Assembly: GCA_964387825.1 (NCBI GenBank)
Contig: CAYLWZ010000003.1
Coordinates: 2,267-66,266, forward strand
Direction of reading: 5' to 3'
DNA from: an uncultured Candidatus Saccharibacteria bacterium
Lineage (GTDB): Bacteria > Patescibacteriota > Minisyncoccia > Minisyncoccales > GWA2-38-27
DNA length: 64,000 bases
Part shown: positions 27,181 to 35,806 of the stretch, in pieces
Numbering within the stretch: position 1 is the first letter of the stretch
Layout of the letters: each line of letters opens with the position of its first letter
Notes under the pieces: generated by a model
What the model saw: only the letters and a program-made list of their open reading frames with translations
The model's database searches: none
Told to the model about the DNA's origin: nothing
Program-made: the position numbers and the translations under genes

Positions 27181-28467
27181 CTACAAAACTTTCCCTTTAA
27201 CGACAAACATTGAATTAATACAGGACCAACAATTCTTGATTTCTTTTTGTTCAGTTTCCTTTAAAACAAACCAACACGAACTACCGCATCTGCCGATTGG
27301 CTGGTCAAGAAGGTTTGGGTCGCTATTATGAATAATTTCGCATTTATCTCCCTTAAATTGGTCGTCGGAAAAAAGAACGGCGAAATAGGAACCTACCGGG
27401 TCAATTTTAATTGACCTCGGTCCTTGAGAGTAATCTTCTTCTTCGGTGGGAATCATATTCACGGCTTTTAAATCGTCTTTTGATTCCTTTGTATATAGTT
27501 CAGTTCCCTGCGGTTTACAGGAAAAATATCCGGGAGATGTTACGTCCTTAGGACAAAGGGTGGGTTCGTTGTAATGAAGGCATTGGTATAAAATTACTCC
27601 CTCATATCCTTCTGGCTCAAGGTTTGGTTTTTGAAAAAAAGTGATTGAACGGCTGGTTCCGAATTCGTCAAAACTGTAACCAATGGTTTCATTATTTTCA
27701 GAATAAATATTGGCTAATTTGCACTTGCCCTGGAAATTATTTTTTTCGTGAAAAATTATCCCAAAATTATATTCCCAATCTGTCCCACTTTTTTGAGGAA
27801 TTATGAAAAAAGTATCATCATTAAGGTCAAAAGTAAAGTTTTTCAGATTTCCCGAGGAGTTTACCTTAAAACAAGTTCCTATTCCGTTCTCTTTTTTATC
27901 CATCACTCTTCTTAGGTCTTTGACTGCTTGTTTAACCGCGTTTGCGCTCCCGGATGTATAGTTCCCGATAATGACGTCTATATTAGATATTTTATAATCA
28001 CAGAGATAAATTCCCGGAGTAACAACTGGCATAATAGCGGCTGGTTCCGGCGCTTCAAAGACAGTTAATTTAGGATTAATAGTATTGAAAAGAAGGACAG
28101 AAGATAAAAGTATCAGGGCTCCCAGAAGAGAGGAGGATATTCCTTTTTTTGCTTCGGAAAGTTTTTCCGGATTACCGGCCGAGGAAAGGTATTGAATGCC
28201 GTTATAAATCATAACTCCGAATACAATAAAGCCAATAATGAAAATAGAAAAATTAAAAATATATTTTATATAATCGGGCAGTCCGCTGGAAACGGTGGTG
28301 GGCGTGACCGTTCCGGGAATATTGGGATAGGCTATTTCCAATGTGCTGGTGTTAGCGCTGGCTTTAAGGCAATAAGGGGTCAGAAGTAATAAAAAGATGG
28401 CGGCAATTATTAAAATTCCCTTGACAGAATATATGTTCTCTTTTTTCTTTCTTTTCCCGCCTTTCAT
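27181..28467 (-). CDS. T4SS-pilin-like domain protein with Cys-containing C-terminal extension
   Basis: Signal peptide, then LPDYIKYIFNFSIFIIGFIVFGVMIYNGIQYLSSAGNPEKLSEAKKGISSSLLGALILLSSVLLFNTINP: two TM helices around a G-N-P loop, as in TrbC/VirB2-type pilins. About 300 aa of extra domain. Confidence 0.55.
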   Translation of the reverse strand: MKGGKRKKKENIYSVKGILIIAAIFLLLLTPYCLKASANTSTLEIAYPNIPGTVTPTTVSSGLPDYIKYIFNFSIFIIGFIVFGVMIYNGIQYLSSAGNPEKLSEAKKGISSSLLGALILLSSVLLFNTINPKLTVFEAPEPAAIMPVVTPGIYLCDYKISNIDVIIGNYTSGSANAVKQAVKDLRRVMDKKENGIGTCFKVNSSGNLKNFTFDLNDDTFFIIPQKSGTDWEYNFGIIFHEKNNFQGKCKLANIYSENNETIGYSFDEFGTSRSITFFQKPNLEPEGYEGVILYQCLHYNEPTLCPKDVTSPGYFSCKPQGTELYTKESKDDLKAVNMIPTEEEDYSQGPRSIKIDPVGSYFAVLFSDDQFKGDKCEIIHNSDPNLLDQPIGRCGSSCWFVLKETEQKEIKNCWSCINSMFVVKGKVL

Positions 28468-28479
28468 TTTTCTTAGAAA

Positions 28480-31260
28480 TTATTGCAAAATTTCATTAAT
28501 GTTTTCAGAGGCCTTGCTGATTTTATTGTTTACAATATCATTAATTTTTTCTAAATTATCTCCAATTTTATCCATTGGATAAGGATTTCCGCCGGAAGGG
28601 GCTTTTCCTTCAAAACTGGCGTAGTTTCCTAAAGAACTTAAACTTATAGTAAGAGAAGGAATCTGAAAACCTGGCAGATTGATTTCCACTTTTTTTGTAT
28701 AACTTAATTTATCCAAAGGAATAGAGGGAAGCTTCATAGTAATAGGATTGCCAAAGTTGATTTGTTTTAAGTCCTCTGGCCAGGGGATGTTGATTTCTGT
28801 GGGGATTTGAGACAACAGATCATTAATTTTTTCTGTCGGTATAGGGATTTCTCCCCCCGAGATTTTTAATCTTTGCTCTTCTAACACCGTTTTTATTTCC
28901 GCTTTTTCTTTTATGTATTTGGCTATAGCTTCCGAAATTACTTCATTATAGATTTGGGCTAATTCGTTAAGTTTGTTTTGTAACGGTTCAATGGCTTCAT
29001 TCATTTTGTCTCTGATTTTGTCTATTTTTTCTTTTATTCCCGAGGCATCTAAAGAATCTTTTATATCTTGACAGAACTTATTTACGCTTATATATTCATT
29101 GTTGCATAAATCGGGAATTTCGGGAAATTTAGGCCAGTAAAAATGATATTTTGGAAAACATTTAGTTAAAGGGACAAAAGAGAGACTAGCGCTAATGCAT
29201 CCGCTGGGAATAGGAATAAAAGACAGTAAGTACCCCAAAAGAAGATTGAAAGCGTTTATCTTTACGCCTTCCATCTCTAAGATGATTTTTGGTTTAGGCA
29301 GCTTGATTTCCGGCAGTTCTATCTCTGCGTTAAGAAGATTGCTTAAATTGAACGGGGGGATATTGATCGGCAGAGAAGGAAGATTAATCTTATTTATTTT
29401 TATTTTCAAGCCTATGTCAGAGGGTATGGAAATTTGAGGAACTTCAATTGTTGGTATAGAAAGATAAGGATAAGGGATTTTTACATTTATAGAAGGGATA
29501 AGATTTTTACAATTGTCTAAATTACAAAGTTCCAGGTCGGGAGTGATTAAGTCCTCAAAAATGAAATCGGGAAGACAAACTTTGAAGAAAGGAGAAAAAC
29601 TGAAATCAGGAAGGTCAATGTCGGGAATTTTTATGTCTGGAAGTTCTATTTTCGGAAAAGTGGGAAACAACGAAAGAGGGCAATCCATCCTAACTCCTGT
29701 TCCTGTGTTGTCATAAAAGGTCTGGGCAGGAATGGTAGTAGAGGGGTCTTGATATGTCTGGGAACCCGGATTTTTAAATTCTCCGGTAAAAAGAGGAAGG
29801 AATTTACAAGGAGCAGGCGCTTCTTTTTCCTCGCCCGCTGATTGAGCGTCTTCTTTTATCTGAGAACATTTATCTTCTAAAGTATTTAAAACCAGAGATA
29901 TGCTTTCGGGTGTGGCGTTGCAAACTTCTTCGCCTGGAGGTCCTGAGCATACTGTGTCAATATAACAATCTCTGGGGGCTGTTTCTCCTTCTTCTTGAAA
30001 CAAATTTATACATTCTGTCTGATACGCTCTATGATTTTTAAGGGTGCCCGACATTCCTAAGAAAGCGCATACAGCGGTTGGTTCTTCACAGTCAATAGGG
30101 TGTTCTGATCTAAGGCATTCGAAATATTCTTGCCAAACGGCATTGCAAGTACTCACAATATATAAATGAACGCTTTCTACGTAGAGGCATTGAACGCTAG
30201 CTATCCCAAATTGGTTTTTTGCTTGAGGGATTGCTTGACACTGTTCGGATAACCAGGAAAATGTCTGAGAATACCATTCAATTTCAACATAATGACTAGG
30301 GGATACTTCTCCTGTTGACCCTTCCCCAGAAGAGGCCGGATTTAATTGAGGGCAGGAGAATTTTAAACTGGGAAGTTTGGGCATTTCGGGAGAAGAAGGG
30401 TTAATGACAACTGGTTCATTTAAAGGTGTTTCTCCTATAGGAATATCAATATTAGGCAGGCGAATTTTAATGTTTTTTAAATTAGCAAGGTCTGCCAATT
30501 TTATTTTGTCCGGCAGATTAATCCCAAGTTTAATTTTTATTTCTCCTAAATCTAATTTTTCTAAAGTTATTCCTACATTAAATATGATTTTAATCGGTTC
30601 TTGTTGGCCTGGCAAAAGGCAGGCTATAAGTTCAATAATTGTTCCTTCTCCCCAATTTGCGCCGCCTCGCTTTTCAACAGAGTATAGGTCATTGTTTAAG
30701 AATCCAACATTATTTAGGGCTGAGGTAATAATATTTTCAGTAGATGATTCGTCAATAAAACCAAGCAAATCGTTTAGATTGATTTTTAATTTTAGCGCTT
30801 CGTCTGTCCTTAAAGTTTTCAATTCCGCTTCCAGACCGCTTTCTTTTTCTTTGACAAGAAGTTCTCTTAAGCGAGAAATTTCGTCAATTTTATTTTTAAT
30901 TGCTAATTGAGTTTTTTCAATTTCTTCTCTGTTTGGACAAGCTTCTCCAAAAGCTTCGGGAGAGCCGGGCTTAGTATCTCCTGTCCCCTCTCTTTCAATT
31001 TTGGACTTGGCGTTTGAGCAGTCGCATTCCTCCGTCAAATCTTTCAATTTTTCACTATAATAAGCCAAATCTTTACTGGCTTGATTTATCTCGGAAACAG
31101 CGTATTTTAATCTTTCTGGATAACGGGGGGTATATCCTACTCCTTGCGCGGAGACAGTGTTTTTAAATCCAATGCTAAAAGGAAGAGCCGAACTAGACAA
31201 AAAAATTAAAAGTAAAACAATAACAACGATTTTTTTCCCTTTTTTTAAAAATTTGTTCAT
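28480..31260 (-). CDS. Large secreted Cys-rich protein with L-P-x-I/P-x-I repeat region
   Basis: Start moved to MNKFLKKGKK (31260), because the listed 18-aa extension is translated octamer repeat. Signal peptide, many Cys, degenerate repeats (IELPDIKIPDIDLPDF, IEVPQISIPSDI, INLPSLPINIPPFNL). Confidence 0.5.
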   Translation of the reverse strand: MNKFLKKGKKIVVIVLLLIFLSSSALPFSIGFKNTVSAQGVGYTPRYPERLKYAVSEINQASKDLAYYSEKLKDLTEECDCSNAKSKIEREGTGDTKPGSPEAFGEACPNREEIEKTQLAIKNKIDEISRLRELLVKEKESGLEAELKTLRTDEALKLKINLNDLLGFIDESSTENIITSALNNVGFLNNDLYSVEKRGGANWGEGTIIELIACLLPGQQEPIKIIFNVGITLEKLDLGEIKIKLGINLPDKIKLADLANLKNIKIRLPNIDIPIGETPLNEPVVINPSSPEMPKLPSLKFSCPQLNPASSGEGSTGEVSPSHYVEIEWYSQTFSWLSEQCQAIPQAKNQFGIASVQCLYVESVHLYIVSTCNAVWQEYFECLRSEHPIDCEEPTAVCAFLGMSGTLKNHRAYQTECINLFQEEGETAPRDCYIDTVCSGPPGEEVCNATPESISLVLNTLEDKCSQIKEDAQSAGEEKEAPAPCKFLPLFTGEFKNPGSQTYQDPSTTIPAQTFYDNTGTGVRMDCPLSLFPTFPKIELPDIKIPDIDLPDFSFSPFFKVCLPDFIFEDLITPDLELCNLDNCKNLIPSINVKIPYPYLSIPTIEVPQISIPSDIGLKIKINKINLPSLPINIPPFNLSNLLNAEIELPEIKLPKPKIILEMEGVKINAFNLLLGYLLSFIPIPSGCISASLSFVPLTKCFPKYHFYWPKFPEIPDLCNNEYISVNKFCQDIKDSLDASGIKEKIDKIRDKMNEAIEPLQNKLNELAQIYNEVISEAIAKYIKEKAEIKTVLEEQRLKISGGEIPIPTEKINDLLSQIPTEINIPWPEDLKQINFGNPITMKLPSIPLDKLSYTKKVEINLPGFQIPSLTISLSSLGNYASFEGKAPSGGNPYPMDKIGDNLEKINDIVNNKISKASENINEILQ

Positions 31261-31266
31261 ATTTGC

Positions 31267-31300
31267 AATTCGTATGTTCGTGCTAATTCGTAAATTCGTA
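31267..31300. repeat. Octamer tandem array (aattcgta-like units) between two pilin-operon genes
   Basis: aattcgta tgttcgtg ct aattcgta aattcgta read directly. Confidence 0.65.
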
Positions 31301-31303
31301 AGG

Positions 31304-33631
31304 TTAAAATTCATTAGAGCCGCAACTATAAACTCCTCCGATATCTATATGGGCATAAGGGAGCGTGTCTAAAACATAAGCCCCGGGCGAACATTCTTTG
31401 GCTGCTTCTATTATCTTTTTTAAATAATTTTTTTGGAAATCCGAAGAAACGTCAAATTCCAGGGCGTAAGATTTATGGTCGTAACGGCAATAAGTTCCTC
31501 CGTAATGGGCGGAAACTTGTTCTTGGCGATAGTTTATCTCGTAGGGATATGAACACCCTTCCTGTTCTTCGTGTCCTGCTTCCCAGTCGCAGGTCCCTTG
31601 ATAGAGTTTTTTGTCAGAAATAGAAGCGATTTTTCCTATAATTTCATCATCTTCTAATCCTTCTTGTTGCTGGGTTTTGTCTAAATTTGCCCGCATACAA
31701 GAAAGGAGTTGCTTTAAAGGTTCAGAGGCGTCTTCATATTGATTATAGTATTTTACGTCATAACTACAAAGCCATCCTTTTGGGCAGTTGTCTTCCGATG
31801 GCAAAGGTTGGAATTCTTCGGCCGGGACAATATAAGAAGGCGGTTTTTCGGTCGGAGGAAGAATCTCTCCTGTTTCTTCGGCAAGAGAACAGCAGTAAAA
31901 GTTTCTGGGATGGCAGGAATTGATAATTTGATTATCAGACCCGTAATTTCCCTTAACGTCTTCACAGGACAGCAAAGCCCAATCAGGGTTATCAATATCA
32001 GAACTATGGCATAATCCGGCCGATACGCTGAGATTATTTAAATTGTAGGGGTTTTCTTTATCGTTCAAGTAGAAAGAAACCATGGACAAAGTTTGTTTTA
32101 TTTCTTTGATTGCGTCAAAAATTTTATCCTCGGTTTTTTTTATTTCTTTTGATTTTTTCTCAATGTCATCTGTCGGGCAGGCGTCTCCATTGCAACTGCC
32201 AATTACCTGAGTGCATCTTGTCAGGCAGCTGGGGACGCAAATAGTGCAAGGAATTGGCACGCAGCACATAAAACATAGGTTGGGGACACAATTGCAAGAA
32301 ATATTACAGTTCTTTTTATTGCATTGTGAGACCAGTTCGGTCATTTCCTGTATTTCTTTTGTTTCTTCCTCTATTAGAAGAAAAACCCTATTTAAATTGA
32401 CAATATTAATAATTGCTAATTCTCGGAGATTATCTAATATTTCCCCTATTGGCAATTCAACGGGGCAATTGATTTTTTCAATTCCGCTTAGTTGTTCGGG
32501 AATTTCTTGGGGAGTTAATTCTTCAGAGCGAACATCTATTTTTTCCGGAAAATAGGGATAGTCGTAAACAGTTCCTCCGCTTGAGCAATAGAAAGTAAGA
32601 GGGTCTCCTCGGGAGGGCCAGTAACTGGAAATTTTAGTTATCTGATTTCCCGTTTGTTCAAAATCTTTTTGCGTGGATAGATAGTCATTAAGAGTTTTCA
32701 TATCTTTGTTTTCGTTTTGACAGGCAATAACTCTCCCTTCCACTATTTGAAACTTTCTAAGGCCTTCTCTTAAAATATCTTTTTGTTCTTTGATTTTTTT
32801 TTGGTAATCTAAAAAAGTTTTTATTTTTTCTCCGTTTATTTCCAAAATCTTATTTATTTTTGCTCTCGGGGAATCTTCTTCTACGCTATTGCCTTGGTCT
32901 TTCTGGCAAACATCGCCTACGCAGGCAACGGGCAAGCCGGTCGCCGGCTTAGTGCATAAAGGGGTAAGATTTCCGCAGTGGCATTCATCGGTTAAGGTTC
33001 CTAAGTATTTATTTAGGCCAGAAATTCGGTTGAAAGTGTTGTCTGTCAATTCAGAATCGTCTACTTGTTCCTCTTTTTCAAGAAAATTTTGGAAATCCGT
33101 AATCACTTGTTTAAAATTGTTGATTTTTGTTTCTCCCCAAAGTCCCTCTTTCGCCGCTTGCCCCAAAGGAAGTTCTTCCATAATCAAGGAAGGACTTTCT
33201 ATTGTCAGGGGCGTTGATGTCTCTGCCTCTCCCGGAATGATTGCGTTTAAAGGAGGGAGATTGAAAGTCAATAATCCGGGATTAATAATATGTAATATTA
33301 TGTAAGAAGAAAGCAAAATAACTAATCCTATCGTTCCCCCGAAAATTTCTTCCCTTGCTTCTTTCATTTTAGCAGGGTTGCCAGTTGAGATTAAATAAAG
33401 AACGCCTCCCCATATTAAAACGGCAAGGGCGATGACGCCGGAAATCATAATAGCAAAATTAAAAACATATTTCAGGTATTCGGGCAGAGTAGTATCGCTT
33501 CCCAGCGTCTGTCCGAAAATTTCCGGATAATTGATTTCTAACTGGGATGCTTTAATGAAAGAAGCAAGAAAGAGAAGAAAGGAGAAAACAAAGAGAAAGC
33601 CCAAGAATTTTTTTTTACTTTTCCACAACAT
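31304..33631 (-). CDS. Giant T4SS-pilin-like domain protein with extremely Cys-rich central region
   Basis: N-terminal LPEYLKYVFNFAIMISGVIALAVLIWGGVLYLISTGNPAKMKEAREEIFGGTIGLVILLSSYIILHIINP is a paralogue of the 27181 gene N-terminus. Central CNKKNCNISCNCVPNLCFMCCVPIPCTICVPSCLTRCTQVIGSCNGDACP. Confidence 0.55.
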   Translation of the reverse strand: MLWKSKKKFLGFLFVFSFLLFLASFIKASQLEINYPEIFGQTLGSDTTLPEYLKYVFNFAIMISGVIALAVLIWGGVLYLISTGNPAKMKEAREEIFGGTIGLVILLSSYIILHIINPGLLTFNLPPLNAIIPGEAETSTPLTIESPSLIMEELPLGQAAKEGLWGETKINNFKQVITDFQNFLEKEEQVDDSELTDNTFNRISGLNKYLGTLTDECHCGNLTPLCTKPATGLPVACVGDVCQKDQGNSVEEDSPRAKINKILEINGEKIKTFLDYQKKIKEQKDILREGLRKFQIVEGRVIACQNENKDMKTLNDYLSTQKDFEQTGNQITKISSYWPSRGDPLTFYCSSGGTVYDYPYFPEKIDVRSEELTPQEIPEQLSGIEKINCPVELPIGEILDNLRELAIINIVNLNRVFLLIEEETKEIQEMTELVSQCNKKNCNISCNCVPNLCFMCCVPIPCTICVPSCLTRCTQVIGSCNGDACPTDDIEKKSKEIKKTEDKIFDAIKEIKQTLSMVSFYLNDKENPYNLNNLSVSAGLCHSSDIDNPDWALLSCEDVKGNYGSDNQIINSCHPRNFYCCSLAEETGEILPPTEKPPSYIVPAEEFQPLPSEDNCPKGWLCSYDVKYYNQYEDASEPLKQLLSCMRANLDKTQQQEGLEDDEIIGKIASISDKKLYQGTCDWEAGHEEQEGCSYPYEINYRQEQVSAHYGGTYCRYDHKSYALEFDVSSDFQKNYLKKIIEAAKECSPGAYVLDTLPYAHIDIGGVYSCGSNEF

Positions 33632-33635
33632 TAAA

Positions 33636-34520
33636 TTATTTTAACACTTTGGCCAACTTAATCCAGTCCTGAATAGTTAATGTTTCGGCTCTTTGGGATG
33701 GCTGGATGTTATTTTTTATCAACAGGGAGTTAATCTTTTTTTTGTTTAATTTTAATTCATTTGACAAATTACTGGCAAGTTGTTTTCTGGGATAGGAAAA
33801 ACCGGCTCTGACAATCCTGAAAAATTTATCGCGAACCTGCCCGCATTGGCTATAGCGTTGCAGGCGGGAGCGAGGCGAAACAGGGATACGAAGCTGACGG
33901 GCTTGCCCGCCATGCTTCCCGCTAAAAGCGGGATGTAGGCGGGGGACTATTTTTATTATAGCCGAATCAATCTTTGGTTGAGGCCAAAAAGATTTTTTTG
34001 AGATGTAACCAAGAATTTTTGGTTTACTGTAAGATTGAACAGCGATAGCCAGAAAGTTTGTTTTTGGAGGCCGGGCGCATATTTTTTGGGCGACCTCCTT
34101 TTGGATTATTAAAATCATTTCTTTCGGCGGTTTTTTGCTTTCTAAAAATTTTCTTATTACCGGAGTAGCGATATAAAAAGGCAGATTAGCGATGATCTTG
34201 TAACTTGTAGCTTGTAACTTATAACGCAATATGTCTTCGTTGATAATTTCAATATTAGGAAGCCCTTTTAATATTTTCTTAAGAATTTCGCACATCTTTC
34301 GGTCTTTTTCTATTGCAATTACTTTCCTTACTTTCTCGGCTATTTCTTTTGTTAGGGAGCCAAGACCCGGACCGATTTCTAAGACAGTGTCTTTTTTTTG
34401 GAGAGCGGCTGCCTTGATGACTTTTTTGACAACTTTTTTGTCAATTAGAAAAGTTTGTCCCAGCCCTTTTGACGGCAGAATATGATATTCTTTTAATTTT
34501 CTTTTTAAAGAATAAAGCAT
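33636..34520 (-). CDS. rsmA: 16S rRNA (adenine1518/1519-N6)-dimethyltransferase RsmA/KsgA, carrying two in-frame repeat insertions
   Basis: GQTFLIDKKVV, SAM-binding VLEIGPGLGSLT, IIANLPFYIATPVI, C-terminal FSYPRKQL. ORF remains intact through a GC-rich insert (33831-33946) and a heptamer array (34197-34224). Confidence 0.88.
   Translation of the reverse strand: MLYSLKRKLKEYHILPSKGLGQTFLIDKKVVKKVIKAAALQKKDTVLEIGPGLGSLTKEIAEKVRKVIAIEKDRKMCEILKKILKGLPNIEIINEDILRYKLQATSYKIIANLPFYIATPVIRKFLESKKPPKEMILIIQKEVAQKICARPPKTNFLAIAVQSYSKPKILGYISKKSFWPQPKIDSAIIKIVPRLHPAFSGKHGGQARQLRIPVSPRSRLQRYSQCGQVRDKFFRIVRAGFSYPRKQLASNLSNELKLNKKKINSLLIKNNIQPSQRAETLTIQDWIKLAKVLK
33831..33946. repeat. GC-rich ~115-bp insertion inside rsmA, kept in frame
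   Basis: Encodes HPAFSGKHGGQARQLRIPVSPRSRLQRYSQCGQVR. Shares acctgcccgcattg..agcgttgcaggcggg with 55462-55498 and cccgctaaaagcgg with 1361-1374. Confidence 0.7.
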
Positions 34521-34639
34521 ATATTTACGGAGGTCTATTTTCAGAGGTCGCGCCTCCGAAAATCTTAACGGCTGTGGAAAAGTTCCTTGACCTTTATTCT
34601 TAGAATGATAATATAAAACCTACGAGGCTAAACAATATT

Positions 34640-35728
34640 ATGAGCGCGGACGAATCTGATTCTCATCTTAAAAAAATTAATAAAAAGGCGAATATATTTT
34701 TTAGAAAACACTCTATTTTTTTAGGAGTAGTTTTAATTAGTGCCTTATTATTAGGATTAGTTGTTGTTTCCGGAAAGAAAATAACGTCTCTTTCTTCCCG
34801 GGATTTTTATTCTTCAAACGCCTCCGAAGAAAAGATTCCTTCTAATAAAAATACATTTATAAGTTCTGCCAGAAATTTTTTGAGCGATTTTTCGGAGATG
34901 AGCTTTCTCCAGAATGATAGTTTGGTTGGTGTCTCTTCGCCCGTAATGATTACTTCTAAGGTTTTAGGAAGTATAGGCATAGGCATAGGCATAGAAACAA
35001 GGCAGGAGATTATTAAGTATAAAGTTAAGGCGGACGATACTCTTTCTTCTCTCGCCGCTAAATTTAATATCTCTCTAGAGACGATTTTATGGGCCAATGA
35101 TATAAAGAAGTCAATAATTAAAATAGGCCAGGAAATTACTATCTTGCCGGTTTCCGGGGTTCTTTACACGGTCAAGAAAAATGATACTCTGGGCGCTATC
35201 GCCGAGCAGCATAAAGCGGAAATAAAGGATATTATCGCTTTTAACGGGATTTCAGAAGAAGGAAATGTTTTTATTGGAGACCCTTTAATTATCCCCGGAG
35301 GGCAGATGCCTAAAAAAGTTTCCCAAATTGCCCAAACCCCGGTGGCTAATTCTTATTTCATTTTCCCTTGCGAAGGAAGGATAAGCCAAGGGCTTCATTA
35401 TTATAACGCCATTGATGTTGCCAATAATTGCGGAAAGCCAGTGGTAGCGGCTTCCGGCGGCATTGTCCAAATGGCTGGCTGGATAAAGATTGGAGGAAAA
35501 AGAGTGACAATTTTACATTCAAACGGAGTGGCTACTTATTACGGACATTTGTCAACAATTTTGGTTGGTCCTGGCCAGAATGTGAGTACGGGCGAGGTTA
35601 TTGGATATATCGGCAATACCGGATATACTTTAGGGGCTACAGGGTGTCATCTCCATTTTGCGGTTATCGGAGCAAGAAATTTTTTAGCTAACTATTCTGT
35701 AGGAAATTATATTCGCTGGAAGAAATAA
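34640..35728 (+). CDS. LysM-domain M23-family peptidoglycan metallopeptidase
   Basis: TM anchor, two LysM repeats (YKVKADDTLSSLAAKFNISLETILWAN; YTVKKNDTLGAIAEQH), M23 motifs HYYNAIDV and GCHLHFAV. Confidence 0.88.
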   Translation: MSADESDSHLKKINKKANIFFRKHSIFLGVVLISALLLGLVVVSGKKITSLSSRDFYSSNASEEKIPSNKNTFISSARNFLSDFSEMSFLQNDSLVGVSSPVMITSKVLGSIGIGIGIETRQEIIKYKVKADDTLSSLAAKFNISLETILWANDIKKSIIKIGQEITILPVSGVLYTVKKNDTLGAIAEQHKAEIKDIIAFNGISEEGNVFIGDPLIIPGGQMPKKVSQIAQTPVANSYFIFPCEGRISQGLHYYNAIDVANNCGKPVVAASGGIVQMAGWIKIGGKRVTILHSNGVATYYGHLSTILVGPGQNVSTGEVIGYIGNTGYTLGATGCHLHFAVIGARNFLANYSVGNYIRWKK

Positions 35729-35768
35729 GTGGAAAGTAGAAGGTAGAAGGTAATAAGTGGTAAGTATG
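35727..35768. repeat. Heptamer tandem array, six units (aagtgga aagtaga aggtaga aggtaat aagtggt aagtatg)
   Basis: Read directly; starts inside the stop codon of the M23 peptidase gene. Confidence 0.7.
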
Positions 35769-35806
35769 AAAGCGCCTTATTAGGGTTGCTTTTTAAATTA
35801 CTGAAA

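Noticed and set aside
31261-31314. 18-aa N-terminal extension of the 944-aa ORF (MNFNLTNLRISTNIRIAN)
   Set aside because: It is a translation of the aattcgta octamer array and would overlap the upstream gene. The downstream Met (31260) gives a normal signal peptide.
31307-31720. Assigning the C-terminus of the 775-aa pilin-domain protein as a LAS/M15 zinc peptidase
   Set aside because: The H..D..H residues are present (SAHYGG, EFDV, AHIDIG), but their spacing does not match the SxHxxGxAxD signature I recall. It is mentioned only as a weak possibility.
35727-35768. CRISPR array hypothesis for the short tandem arrays
   Set aside because: Units are 7-8 nt with no spacers, far below CRISPR repeat/spacer sizes. 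No cas genes are in the window.
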